64,000 nucleotides of DNA from positions 23,188,001 to 23,252,000 of the forward strand of contig OZ287749.1 in NCBI GenBank assembly GCA_965649765.1, given 5' to 3'. Origin of the DNA: Bispira polyomma (taxonomy: Eukaryota). The translations under genes and the position numbers were made by a program. Positions 37,295 to 50,237 of this stretch are shown piece by piece. Every line of letters begins with the position of its first letter. Within the stretch, counting starts at the first letter, position 1. The notes under the pieces were generated by a model. That model had not been told where the DNA came from, did not search any database, and saw nothing but the letters and a program-made list of their open reading frames with translations.

Positions 37295-37770
37295 TACCCA
37301 ACTCCTTGCTCTGTCTGAGGTCACCCTTAAACATTTCACCCCCTCTAGTTATACCCCCTTTCTCTCAATCTTTATCTCTCTCCCCTACCCAACTCTTACC
37401 TCTGTCTGAGATCATCCTCAAACATTTCACCCCCATCTAATTATACCCTCTTTCTCCCAGTTTTTAGTCTTTCCTACCCAACTCCTTGCTCTGTCTGAGG
37501 TCACCCTTAAACATTTCACCCCCTTTAGTTATACCCCCTTTCTCTCAACTTCTACTCTCCCCTACCCGACTCTTACCTCTGTCTGAGGTCACCCTTAAAC
37601 ATTTCACCCCCCTTTAGTTATACCCCCTTTCTCTTAACCTTTACTCTCCCCTAGCCGACTCTTACCTCTGTCTGAGGTCACATTAAACATTTCACCCCAT
37701 CTAGTTATACCCTCTTTCAACCTTTATAAATCTCCCCTACCCAACTCTTACCTCTTTCTGCGGTCACTTT
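37295..37770. repeat. Minisatellite, ~88-bp unit, 5 full copies plus a partial
   Basis: Units start near 37295, 37385, 37474, 37562, 37651 and 37737 (CTACCCAACTC..CTCTGTCTGAGGTCACCCTTAAACATTTCACCCC). Confidence 0.92.
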
Positions 37771-38546
37771 TAAATTTAATTCACTTACTTCCCATGTTTA
37801 TTTACAATTCATCTCCTTTTTAGTGTAATACTTTAAGTTTAAGTTATCCTTTAATTACTTATGGTTTTCTAAACCTTTGAATTACTCACTTCAGTAATTT
37901 ATCTGTTTCCTTTTCTTCCACTTCTGGTTCTTCAGGGGGCAAATAGACCTGGCCGATTTTGTTTCCGAATCCGTCATCTCCTTTCTGCTGTCTGTATAAA
38001 CTCCCCTTTCTGTACTTCTGGTTCATAAGTAAATATGCACTAAAATGCTGTCAGATTTTTCCCCACCCTGTTGTTACAGTGTTACTATTAATTACTTTGT
38101 AATCTGTGCATATGTGTCATAACTATAGCATTGTAATATACTGGTATTACAATTTAGTTTAACTAGTGTTATAATTAGGTTAATAAGGGTTAATCATCAT
38201 TGTATTGCATTAATAACTTGTGACTCACTAGTTACAATTGTAACTTACAATTGTAACTTTAAGTGTTTTAGTACTTTATTAGAGTAAGAGATTTTCCCCT
38301 CACTTTAAATTTTATTTATTTCTTTTATAAATTAAGTACACTGTGTTGCTATTTTATTGTTATAATCAAATTATATGTTTATTTAATAAATGGTAGTAGC
38401 CTAACACTTGGTTCCTTATTCAACTTGTTTCTCTTCGCTTGTATTACCTGAACCAAAAATATGACCATCTTGGTTTATCATTTCATCTTTAGCCACTCCT
38501 GTTATACTAACTTTAGTGTCGCCTATTTCAACCTCTCATACTTCCT

Positions 38547-39948
38547 CTAAGCCTACGCTTCCTTTCAGCACATTTCGACGTCGGCCGACGTCGGATCGGA
38601 CACCTTTAATTTGTTGTGCTTCCTTTCATCTGATGTACACTCATCGGATGTTGACTTTAAAAATGGCATCATTAAGCCTATTTTATTGTGATTACTGTGC
38701 TTTCTTTTCCACCAAAATCCGAAATGGCGGATATATATACGGTTAAGTAAGGTTACCCAAAGTTAAGTAAGGGTACCCATTTTTACTTCCTCATGCGTAA
38801 GCTGTGACGTAGCTACAAAAAATGAAGTCATTATGATGTTATGTGACGTATTATTTACAATATAAGGAGGCAGTTAAGTGGGGTACCCATCAATAAACTT
38901 AAATATCGGAGCCGTTTATCAACGGATTTTTGTAAAATAAAACAGCAGCACAGTAACCACAATAAAATAAGCCTGCTGATGCCATTTTCAACTTAAACAT
39001 CTGACGAATAATGAGTATATATCAGAAAGAAACTATACCTATAACAGTGTTTTTGTTGCCCTTTTTGCTTCAAAATCTGATGGATCTGATGCAAATCTGC
39101 TGAAAGGTTTTGTACATAATGGATCTACAAGAGAAAAACAGTTACAATTGATGATTGTTACAGCTGTATTCAAAACATTTATCTAATAGATAAAAAGTTA
39201 CAGTTTAAGTCCATTTGCTGCATAAAAGTATTTCATATTCCTTTTTAACATAAATGTACAATATGCTATAGTGAATGTAGATTTACACAATTCCCTATAA
39301 AAGGACCTTTTCGTTTTTGTATGGTCCAGTGATTACACCTTTGGCGAACCATGCTTTGTTTGTGTATTTCTTAAATTAATCTAAGCTCCCTTTTCAGCTT
39401 GTCGGTCGACTTCGGCCGATTTTTTCGCTTATTACACAATACTACAATGTGCTTACTTTCATCATATTTGCAACAAAAATTGCCTCAAAAATACTATCAT
39501 TTGTATAGTTTTCATCAATATTCGTCGGATGTTGACATTGAAAATAGCATGTAAGAGCTGTGTTGGTTTTATTGCATCAAAATCTGTTAGAAACAGCTGA
39601 GATATTTAAGTTTATAGACGGGTACCCCACCGAACTTTCCCCTTCTACTGTGACTTGTACGTCACAGCGACGTCGTAATGACGTCAGTTTTGTGGCTGCG
39701 TCACAGATTACACTTCAGGAAGTAAATATGGGTACCATTATTTAACTGTAAATATCTCAGCCGTTTCTCAACGGATTTTGGTGGAAAAAAAAAGCACAGT
39801 AATCACAGCCTTCTCGTGGCATTTTACAACGTTAACATCCAATGAATTTTACATATATATCGGATGAAAGGAAGCACAACGACGGACCGGATCCGACACC
39901 TAAAAATCGGCCGACATAAGAATGTGCTGAAAGGAAGCGTTGGCTTAG
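38547..39948. mobile_element. Two adjacent palindromic MITE copies (~38547..39110 and ~39385..39948) forming long inverted arms
   Basis: CTAAGCCTACGCTTCCTTTCAGCACATT.. versus ..AATGTGCTGAAAGGAAGCGTTGGCTTAG; GGGTACC and TGACGT cores in both halves. Confidence 0.65.
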
Positions 39949-41879
39949 CATCTCTATAGGCAGAACAAACTAAAAAGGTTTTTGCAATAAATTTATATTT
40001 CCATGGTGTACACATTGTATGTAAACATATTTACATCTATAAAGCATCTAATGGTTGCTGCAGCTGTGTCCAATGAAATATGCTGATGGATAAGACATTA
40101 ACACTTATTTTTTTGTATACCTTTCCAGACTGCCTTTTGGATATGCACTCATAAATTTGATGTATTAAATAAACAGGACTTTTTTTAGTCAGAAATCTTA
40201 AAAGTTCCTCCAACTATTGTAAACACGAATACAGATCTCAGTCTGTTATATTTCCATGAAAAACACTCAAATTGAAGCTATTGTTGGATCGTATTTAACT
40301 CAAAATATTTTTGGTACAGAATTTAGTTGCAAAGAGGCTTTTCGGTTACAGCAGCTTCACCCAAAGAAGGGCCCATTAGTCTAAACAGTGCACAATTTAC
40401 TTCTATTTTGATCAAGGACTTATTTATAGTAAGTGAGGATTTGCAATAAAGTGGTCCACTCAGACGATATTATTATTATCATGGAGACTATTTATTTTTT
40501 ACTTAGTGGAGGATATTGCTGCCTATATTGAGACTATTCGCAAAGAGTTTTAGTACATGGCATGACATAAAGATTTAAAATACTTTTCTATTCACTTGTC
40601 ACATCGTGTAATATTTAAATAAATATTGAATTATATTTAGCTTGATATATTGGTGTAATTTATAAAAAAAGATCAGCAGCAAAACTAAATATTCAGAATA
40701 AACAGATGTTTGTCATTGCCGTCAAGACCTTGGTCTTTGGCAGTACAATGGTTTAAAGAAACCAAAATCCCCAAGGATATTGAAGGTAAAAAAACGGCTA
40801 AGAAGGCTTCCCACAATTATTTATACAAAGTGTACTAACAATCCATAGTTTTTCCAACAGTTCTTTGTCAGCAGAAACTTAGTTGTTGTTATACAATAAT
40901 CCTTGAATTATATGTATATATCATCGGTTATTAACTTCATCAGTTGTCATGGGTTGAATTACTTTCTTAGTTTAAGATATTCAAAAATATTTTTTGAAAA
41001 AAAAAACATCAAGACTATAATTGATAATAATTACTCTAAAACAAGTATAGTTTCTTAACCATAACTCTGTGCATAAATGCTGCTTAAGAGGCACATTTTT
41101 TTTACATACTTGATTAATCATTAAGGAGCAAAATAGTTGTGTGTGTTCCCTGAGTAAATTGTGTTTTTGTTATAATCGACAAAATAAATCATTAGTCTAT
41201 TGTGGCTATATCCACCTATGCTGCCAGGAAGGGTTGGCAGTTATTTTCTTCTTTGTATGTATTAACCATTTAAAGGAACCAATTAAAACATTTGGATTTC
41301 ACTAAATTTGAAAATAATAGTAAAATTAAATGATGATTGCCAAGGTTGTGTAAGCCTCATACTCTTGGTATTTACAAAAGTTTTCAGGATTAGCCTTGAA
41401 TCTCAGATTGTGGTCTGTAGGTTTGAGCTTTTAACTAAAGGGTTCAGATGTTGGTTTTTAGTTCCAGTTTCTTAGATTATTATAAACTTGGCTCTTTGCT
41501 CTGCAACTAACTGTAGTTAATGCTTAGTTTTTAATTATTGACTCTCTAATAAGTATAACGATTGTATTATATTTAAGATCACAATTACTTTCCTTACGAA
41601 GACCTTACTGACCTTACTGTTTCAATTCTGTCTCCGCTAAGTGGATACCACACCGAATTAACAACTTTTTGTATTTTGTAGATAACATACCTTACTTTTT
41701 ATGTTCCTTATTAATACCAGCTATATTCTAAAATACAACTTCAAAATCTATAAATTATTAATCCTAACCCAAATACTGAGGACCAATTGTTCCTCATAGG
41801 CAATGCTGTGTTCACATATCTTGCACCAAGCATGTTATTCCTAAGTGCCCATTATGGTGTTACCAAGAGTCAAATCAAC

Positions 41880-42052
41880 GATCACCATATCAACTCCGTT
41901 GCCAGGACTCAAACCGAGAACCTTCTGATCACCTGACCAACTCCCCAGTTGGGAGTCGAATCAGGGACCTTCGGATCACCAGATCAACACCCCAACCTAG
42001 AGTCACACCAGGGATCTTGTCTTCACCAGACCAACTCCCTGACCACTAAGCC
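41880..42052 (-). mobile_element. tRNA-derived SINE with a triplicated ~45-bp unit
   Basis: A box TGGCTTAGTGGT, then three units of GAGTTGGTCTGGTGA..B-box-like. Confidence 0.55.
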
Positions 42053-42496
42053 ATTGAATATCACAATCTTTAATCACTGTGTCAGTGATTTGTCCTTGTC
42101 TATATTTTACTTTATTATCACTTCTCCTGCTAATATGAAAGCTGAATCTTCATTATTTTTTTTTGTATTTTATCATCCAAGTTTAGAAATTTGAGAAACA
42201 AACATACCTTTGTGGATACCTTTCAGTTTTACTGTGTACATTATTGTATATAACGATCCTTCCCCCAAAGCATGGAAACATATTGGGAAAGCAGCTGACA
42301 TATAAAGAATAAAAAAATAATAAAGCTTTCTTCAAAATAACTGCAAAGCACCACCCCGGTCGTGGAGAGTTCAGTTCTTGGGGGACCAGCCTAATCCTCG
42401 TCACGGCTCACTGGGCGGTACTATATAAGCTGTCTCTCGTCACTAATTCTACCTTTTCAAACTCGGCAGCAGAGGAAACAGGTTCAACACAGTCCA

Positions 42497-42704
42497 ACAC
42501 CGCAGATCAGCCACAACTAATAGGGCGGCAATATTAACAAAGGGCGTTGTTGTTGATATTGTGTTTATATGTTTTAATCTACTGTTTTAGTATTTTATAT
42601 AAACACCGTAAATCAGCCACAATTAAAAGGGCGGCAATATTAACAAACGGATGTTGATAATTTGTTTTATATGTGTCTAATTTACTGTTTTTAATATTTT
42701 ATAT
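42497..42704 (+). repeat. Two-copy ~105-bp tandem repeat in the E5 leader
   Basis: ACACCG..ATCAGCCACAA..AGGGCGGCAATATTAACAAA occurs twice. Confidence 0.8.
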
Positions 42705-42734
42705 TGTTGTACATTAACTCACTGTGATATAAAT

Positions 42735-43571
42735 ATGCCTAAAGTCAAGGTATACGGTTGTACGAAATGTGGTACTAAGCACGCCCGTCCGGTAAGCAGC
42801 AAATGTCAGGTCGTGCTATCAGAAGAAGTAGCTATTGAAGAAATTCTGTCGGATGAAGAAACTATTGACACCAGTTTGGCTGATGCTGATAGTCTGGCTG
42901 TTGTTTCCGGGCAAATATTATCACAGTTACAGGCTATGGGCCAGTTAATGGAAAAACTAGACAAGCAAGTTTCTGCAACCGAAATGACTCTTGCAGCCAC
43001 TAACTGTGTCAGCACTACTAACACACAGGCAAAGTCAGATACTGCTTCCAGCACCACTTCCACCAGTTCGAGTGGGGAGAGCACAGCGAATAGTGAAAAT
43101 ACTGTGGTACCAAGTGTACAGTTTCTTAAGCAGAATAACATTCAAAACCAAGTCGAGTTACGACTCACTGAGCTTAAGCAGTTGAACGAGAACTCGGTGA
43201 AAGGTAAGATCAAATCACAAAGGGGGGAGGTGTTGACGTCATAGTTAATCGCGTGGTGGAATGGCCTCAAAATCATGTCCTATCCAGGAACAAGACCGTC
43301 TTACGATGACCTAATTTTAAATCAGTGGGTCTGCAGATTCACACGCATAATACAGGACGAAAAATCTCCCGAAACCAAAGAGATCATGCTCGATTACATG
43401 GCCGGATTGATAGAGGATTTTTCCTGGGAGGCCACCAAAGCATGTCACGCGGTTGTATTAACAACTATGGAGATGGATAAGCTTACTTGGAGTGACGTCA
43501 AGCACGTGTGTGAAACCTGTAGTGGAACTCATAAAACCGCAAACTGTAGTAAAAAAGCAGCAAAAAACTAA
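42735..43571 (+). pseudogene. E5 gag-like ORF1 (frameshifted)
   Basis: CTKCGTKHARPVSSKC; IQNQVELRL..KGK; SYDDL..SWE..LTW, matching E1 and E3 gag. Confidence 0.8.
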
Positions 43572-45728
43572 GGGGCTACTGCAGAGATGCAGTGGCTGAA
43601 AATCTGGTTTATAGTGGGCAGTTTTACAGGACTGACTTTAGTGTGGCGAATAAATGTAGTTATAGTGAGGTTCTGAAACAAACACGGAGACCTGAAAGGT
43701 CACAGAGAAATCTGTCAAGTCAAAAGTGTCTTTCCAGGTCAAATCTAAATGGTAGGCACCATGCCAGGCGGGTCAAGTGTTCTAATGCTGATTTTAAAAA
43801 TGACTGTAACAGATCTATTGTCCCCCATAAGTTCACGTCACACAGTACCACCCAGCACAAGGGCAAGACTAGTGTTGGAGGGAAAAGCACTGTACAGGGG
43901 GAAACTGAGGGCAAATCCGTCAAATACAAATGTAAATGCATGTGTGAATGCAAACAATAACTCCAGTGGGGTCTCTGTCTATAATAGATTTGAAGTGTTA
44001 AACCAAATCGATGCCAATGGTTTAGAAAATCACACTGTTGGTGCTACCGTGTGTAGTCCAAAAAAGGAGCCAACAGGGGCTTGTAAAAATAATTCAGTTA
44101 GAAAACTTAAGGCCATCGCTGATGTGGTGGATCCTTGTAAAAGTATCGAGACTGAAAGCAGTACAAATAGTATTGAAACTGACAAATATGCGTTTGAGTT
44201 AAAACAAAAGGCAAATAAGAGGGAACTCCTGGATAAAGCAAAAAACTGTAAAACTTATTGTGCTTGGCGTGCTCAGAGCAGAGTGGCCTATGGCTTCACA
44301 CCACTGTCAGACTTGGGCTGCAGGGTGTGGGACCATGGCTCTACAAATTATAGTTCTGATATTTTTAGAATGCATAAATTACTCCGCCAAGATGGCAGAC
44401 AAAACTTTAAAGGGTTGCAATTACCGGTTACTTCTCAGTTAAAACCTGAAAAGTGGGCTCAGTACCTCGAGAATTACTGGGACTGGCAGTTACCGTTACT
44501 TATTAAATATGGCTTCCCCCTCGATGTCAGTCGTGACAACATCGATCAGTCGCATGAGGAAAACCATAAATCGGCAATTGACTTTCCCGAACACGTGGAC
44601 ACCTATTTTCGGGGCAATACTGGGTCCTTTCGACAAACCTCCTATAAAGAATATGCACTTCTCTCCCATGATGACCCGTGACAAGTCTAGTTCAACCAAC
44701 AGAAGGGTCATTGTAGGCCCCAGTTGGCCTCTTGATTGTTCTGTTAATGCGGGGGCTTCTGCGTGCGAGTATCTGGGAACAGAATTTTTGTTGTCCTATC
44801 CCTCGGTAGATAATGTAACTAGGGAAGTGGCAGAGCTGGGCAGAGGTTGCCATATCTTTAAAGTCGATATTAGTCGCGCATTTAGGAATGTGCCTATAGA
44901 CCCTGGGGATGTGGATTTGCTTGGTCTTAAATAGGGGTCCTATTATCTGGACAGATCGTTACCATTCAGATATCAGAATGGCTCCACTATTTTCCAGCAA
45001 ATTTCTGACTTGGTAAGACACATCATGGCACAGGAAGGCTACCATATACACGGAGGAGCTGGGGGAAATCAAAGCATTATGTAAGCAGTGGGAGGGTAAG
45101 AGTACTTGTACTAAGAGACAATTACAATCACTGCTAGGGTCCCTTCTTTATGTGTCGAAATGCACAAGATATTCTTGGGTATACCTCAACCACATGTTGC
45201 AAACTTTAAGAGACAATCACAGTAAGAAACACTTCCCTTTTAATAAAGATTTTAGGAGAGATCTCAAGTCGTTCCTCAGGTTCATGCAGCAGTTCAATGG
45301 AGTCAGTTTTTTGCCCATAGACCAACTTATGCACAGGTAGAGCTGGATGCCTGCCTAACTGGGATGGGGGCATCTATGATAACCAAGTATACAAGCTCTT
45401 AGTGGCCTTAAGGCTTTGGGCTTCATCCTGGAAGGGCAAACGTGTACTTTTTAAGTGCGATAACCAGGCCGTTGTCAGCGTACTTATGCATGGGGGCACA
45501 CAGGATCAACTTTTGGCCACCTATTCTCGAAATATCTATATGATTGCCAGTCAGTTTGACATTGATCTCAGAGTAATCCATATAATGGGAGTGAAAAACA
45601 AGGTGGCGGATTTGTTTTCCAGGTGGGACAAGACTAACAATAATCTCATATTGCTGCATGAATGGGTGGGACCAGTAGTATGGATTCCCATACATACAAA
45701 CCTCTTAAAGGTTGACAAGAGTATATAA
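43568..45728 (+). pseudogene. E5 pol (RT/RNase H), disrupted
   Basis: YGFPLD, NHKSA, KVDISRAFRNVPIDP, LDAC, CDNQAVV, NKVADLFSR. Confidence 0.85.
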
Positions 45729-46352
45729 TATTTTAAGATTGTTATTTGTATTTTGTGTCAGGTTCAAGTCCAGCGGGTGCACTGCTTACCACGTTAGCTT
45801 GTGACAGATTGCATACAGCCTTTGCTACGTCCACTTGGAAGGCCCACAGCAGTATGTTCAGGCTCTTTCTGGCCTTTAACATTTTCATGGATTGGCAGAT
45901 AAATCAGGTGAATGCGTCCCAATTACTTGCTTACTTGGAGTTCCTTAATTTTAACAGCGTCACCCCTTCCTACATATCTAACCACTTGGCAGCTATTAAG
46001 GCCAAGTTTAATTTGTTTCAACTAAAAACTGAGGTGTTCTCAGACGCTAGAATTGCCTATTACACAAAGGCCTTATTGGTAAATAGACCTCTTAAAGTGA
46101 AACTAAAAAGTTTATTTGACATTCTCCTGCTCTTGAACCTTATTCAGCCAGTCTATGTCACAAGCCTATGAGTGTGACCTTCAAGCCAGGTAAGGTTAAC
46201 TCTGATGCGTGATCAGTGGATGGTTGACCTTGGATGTTGGAAAAGACTCTGACTCTGTTTGGGATATTTATTTTAAGGCATAAAGTTTTTGCCTCTATAT
46301 ACACAAATTTTTAAGCCATGTTAAAATTAAAAAAGGAATGCCAAAGCCAAAA

Positions 46353-47323
46353 TTACAGGGAAGGAGGTATGATGGCGGCAAAAGTAGAAGGAATGATAGA
46401 TGAGGCATGGGAAGTTGATTCTAAGTATGACCAAACAGCGTCAGATTTCCAGCATCCGTGTTTTTGTATGTGTTGTGGCTTTATATTATTGTTGAAGGCC
46501 AGGGATGCCCCTGACCTTCTAAAGCAATGAAAAGAGTGGCCTTCTCTAGGAATATTTAAAGTAGTTAGCACTTTTCTGAGGTGTTCCCTTAGTTTTGTAT
46601 CTGAGACACGTATACCTTTTTGTGCTGGGTCTGCCAATAAAGGATTCTGTGGTTTTAATGAGAATTTTTGTTGAAAAGAAGTGAAGGCTCTGACTGGGCA
46701 GAGCCAAGGGTTGTTAAGTTTTGGTAGTTGGATGATGTTTGGTGAGTTTCTGGTTTGATTTGTTTTGCTCCACTTTAGGATAAGGTGAATGCCTGGTGGT
46801 GCTAAGATGACGTCAGAGATGGTGATGTGACGGGTAGGATCAAAGTTTGCCCCTGAGGTGGGAGTGAGGTTTGAAATTCTCAGGAATCCGAAATAAGCGA
46901 ACAGAAAAGCTGTCCTGAATAGTTCAGGACAGTATAAGGTTTCACATGTCATAGAAATTTGTTTCAGGTCGAAGATGCTTTTGACCTTGGGGGCAAACTT
47001 AGAGTTGATTTTTAATGATCTCTGGTATAGTGCAATTCTGGGGTCATACAGGCCCGTGTCGAGTACGTTAAGTAATTTGCAATTAAACCTGATGGCTGAG
47101 AGGTAATTGTTAATTACCTTGTAAGAAATGTTATTTTCTTGTAAGTATTCCATTAAAGAAATCACAGATGCAAAGTTAAAAGAATCCTGTAGTCGGTAGT
47201 ATACTGTGAAGGCAATGAACAATCTAAATTGGTTATTGTAGGCTTTCTGCGTCCGAGGTCTGTGCGTCTGTTGTAGTCGTTTCACTGCTTTCTCCAGCAA
47301 TGGTCTGGCTGAGTCAGATGTCC
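46353..47323 (-). CDS. E3 tyrosine recombinase (intact; predicted 3' exon of a spliced Gag-YR)
   Basis: Open 327-codon frame with catalytic R, K, HxxR, W and Y; no ATG at its start; TTTAG acceptor ending at 47324. Confidence 0.9.
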
Positions 47324-47328
47324 CTAAA

Positions 47329-50031
47329 TTAAACAAAATTATTCATTATAAACATGTCTGTTGTCACGTCAGTATACTTGAAATTTGCATTTATTAGACT
47401 TCTGATATTATAGGCCTGCGGTCCTAGCTCCTGCCATCTAGACAAGGTATCTGCGAGTATATTTAATTTTCCTGGTATGTGTTCTATTAGCATGTTTATA
47501 TTATATTTTGCACATATCAGCCATATGTTTCTTAAGCATAAACTTAGATATTTATCTCTAGTACGTGAGGACTGCACAACAGAAACCACTGCCATGTTAT
47601 CCGATTTTATGGTGATCTGTTTGTTTTTCCAGAGTTCACCCCATAATCGTAATGCGATGAATGCACTCAACATTTCAAAATGTACGATTGTCAACGTTTC
47701 ATTAATATACATAGGCAAAGGTGCTCTGTAGACATTTCTACCCCATGCGCCTCCTATTCCCAATAAACATACGTCAACATATAATGCTATTTCTTTATTT
47801 TCATTATCCAAATTATATTTGGTTTTACCATTATAATCCAGAAGGAAAGTTAGGAACCATTTTAAGTCCTTATGGAATTCTTCTGTTAATTTTATTTTGG
47901 TGTCACTTTTGGACTCCCGTAGCAAAGTCAGCATTCTATTCATAAATACACGTGCAGGCTTGATGCACCTGTGTACATAAAGCAGTTTGCCCAGGAGTGA
48001 CTGGTAGTTATGTTTATTAGTTTTCTTTAGCGCTTTAAATTCAGTGCATGTTCCATAAATAGAAAGTAATTTGTCGTCATCTATTCCTAGTGTTTCCTGA
48101 TCTACATCTATTGTAATACCCATGCAGGTGACGCGCCTGCTGGGAGGAACAAGTTTCTTTTCATTAATTGGGAGACCTAGTTCGCGAAGGATTTTTTTCG
48201 GAAATTCATAGGCTAAGGTAGCCTTATCTTTAGTTTCGCAAATGATAAAATCGTCTATGTAGTTCCATACTTTAAAGCCGTGTACTTTCATTATATATGT
48301 TACTGCATCTGAGGCCTTCATAAAGATGGCCGTTCCATGTGTTAACCCGAAGGCTACACTTAAATCTAAGTAACAGTTATTATTCCATTGATAACCTAGT
48401 TTGAGGGAGTCGTAAGGATCTATTTTTAAATTTCGAAACGCGTGGGCTATGTCGACCTTCGCTAACATGCCTTTACTTCCTAATGTCTTTAAATGTGTAG
48501 TAATTTGGTCAATTGTCGGCAAGGTCAATTGAAAGGGGGTGCCATCATAGCTGTTTTTTATAGTACAATCGTTTACTGAATGACCCGTGGGGTGTGAAAG
48601 GTTCAGTATTAATCTTTGCTTATTGTTGTCTTTCGGACGCGTTAGCAAGGGTGAGAAGTGGCATTCTTTATGTATATCGCCTTGTATGGGCCCAAGTATG
48701 GCGCCTCTTTCTACCTCTGTCTCAAAATAGCTGTTTATGTCATCTGGGTAAATTTGGGCCGAATGGTGGTTATCTACTGATTGTACGTTGACCCTGTCTC
48801 TATCATATAGAGATATAGGGAAACCAAATTGTAAATATTCTATCAAAGTTTTATCACAGTAGTTTTTTAAATATTTCTTCCAGTTCGGTATATTGAGGTC
48901 GCTTTTTATTGGGATTCTAGCTCTCTGATAATTTGGTACTTCAGTAGCTTTTATTATTTCTGCGACTTTAATCAGCGTGTCGTAATCATTTAAAGTGACA
49001 GCTTCTCTGTCAGGGCCAATAAATGTGAATTTATTATCATTCGGTTTAAACCCATAGTCTCTCTCATTGTCGTCTGTTCGTTTGTCTGAAGTACTGTCTG
49101 TCTTTCCTATCTTGTCATGCTTGTCATTATTTATGAAACTGTTTAATACTGCTTGTGCGTCATCTATGACATCAGTATTTAACTCAACAGTCGATGTACT
49201 GTCTAGAACTGCATGTTCTGTCTGATTGTGTGTTATATGTTGTGTGATTGTGTGTTTTCCCATCCCAAGATTTGTATCCTGACGTGAATGGTTTCTTATG
49301 TCTCTTTTACATATGCTATCAATCATCTCTGTGTAATAATGTGTACTCTTGATTTTTGTCCATGTGTGTGTTTTATCCACGAGTTTTTGTATGTGTTGTC
49401 GTGTATTATTTGGTTGGACTGTAAGTGTTGTGGTGTTGACGTACATGACAGGCCAAATATGTTGAATGTCTGTTTTTAGTCTGTGAAGAGTATTTGTGCT
49501 GTCTGTTTGTCTGTTGCAACATATGCCTGTAATATGGGGGTCTTTTATGCCCCTTACATAATATATGCTATCACCATGAATTGTTTTACACATACTATCA
49601 TATAGATCAATAGTATGACATTCACAGTTGCTACTCTCTATCTTTGTCGAGTGCACTGTACTGTTAGACACATAATTGTTACATAACTGCTTCTGTACAT
49701 GGTTAGTATACATATAGGATGTGTTAGGTATATTAGTACATTGATCTACAGATCTTGTATCACAGTGATTAACTACTGAGTTCAATTTACCATCATTACC
49801 CCTGATGTTTAGCTTCTTATTATCACATCCTAAAATAGTGTTATCAGTTTCACTGTACCCATTACATGTATTACTATTCGTATGATCATTGCCTGAAGCC
49901 TGATTACTATTATCAGCCCACAGCCTTGTGTCTCTATTCAGTGTTTCTTCAATTAAGGTTCTGTTATCTGAACCTGTTATATACCCATTTGTATTTTCAC
50001 TTAACGTCTCATTAACCAGAGTTCTGTTATT
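47329..50031 (-). CDS. E3 pol: N-terminal domain, RT and RNase H (frame open from ~50031; 5' part disrupted)
   Basis: 818-aa ORF plus open upstream codons; KVDIAHAFRNL, FGL, YIDD, DVC..E..SDN..NILADTLSR. Confidence 0.9.
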   Translation of the reverse strand, partial: NNRTLVNETLSENTNGYITGSDNRTLIEETLNRDTRLWADNSNQASGNDHTNSNTCNGYSETDNTILGCDNKKLNIRGNDGKLNSVVNHCDTRSVDQCTNIPNTSYMYTNHVQKQLCNNYVSNSTVHSTKIESSNCECHTIDLYDSMCKTIHGDSIYYVRGIKDPHITGICCNRQTDSTNTLHRLKTDIQHIWPVMYVNTTTLTVQPNNTRQHIQKLVDKTHTWTKIKSTHYYTEMIDSICKRDIRNHSRQDTNLGMGKHTITQHITHNQTEHAVLDSTSTVELNTDVIDDAQAVLNSFINNDKHDKIGKTDSTSDKRTDDNERDYGFKPNDNKFTFIGPDREAVTLNDYDTLIKVAEIIKATEVPNYQRARIPIKSDLNIPNWKKYLKNYCDKTLIEYLQFGFPISLYDRDRVNVQSVDNHHSAQIYPDDINSYFETEVERGAILGPIQGDIHKECHFSPLLTRPKDNNKQRLILNLSHPTGHSVNDCTIKNSYDGTPFQLTLPTIDQITTHLKTLGSKGMLAKVDIAHAFRNLKIDPYDSLKLGYQWNNNCYLDLSVAFGLTHGTAIFMKASDAVTYIMKVHGFKVWNYIDDFIICETKDKATLAYEFPKKILRELGLPINEKKLVPPSRRVTCMGITIDVDQETLGIDDDKLLSIYGTCTEFKALKKTNKHNYQSLLGKLLYVHRCIKPARVFMNRMLTLLRESKSDTKIKLTEEFHKDLKWFLTFLLDYNGKTKYNLDNENKEIALYVDVCLLGIGGAWGRNVYRAPLPMYINETLTIVHFEMLSAFIALRLWGELWKNKQITIKSDNMAVVSVVQSSRTRDKYLSLCLRNIWLICAKYNINMLIEHIPGKLNILADTLSRWQELGPQAYNIRSLINANFKYTDVTTDMFIMNNFV

Positions 50032-50237
50032 TTAACTCGTCTGTTTTATGTCATTTCTCTTTAAATAAACCATTTTTTTGTTCAGAAACATAATGCTCAC
50101 AATTGTTCCTATTACAATTTTTTTCAAAATTATTTTTATTACTGTCAACCTTGTAATTACTTTCGTTACTACCTTTATACCAATAATGAAACTTGTTGTG
50201 TACTCTGTCAGTGGTCACTGTTGTCAGCACCTGGTGC

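Noticed and set aside
37295-37770. CRISPR array
   Set aside because: Whole units are repeated with no unique spacers, there are no cas genes, and the context is eukaryotic; it is a minisatellite.
42381-42430. HDV-like ribozyme at the E5 5' end (GGGGACC..TCCTCG)
   Set aside because: The P1 and P3 partner strands do not pair.
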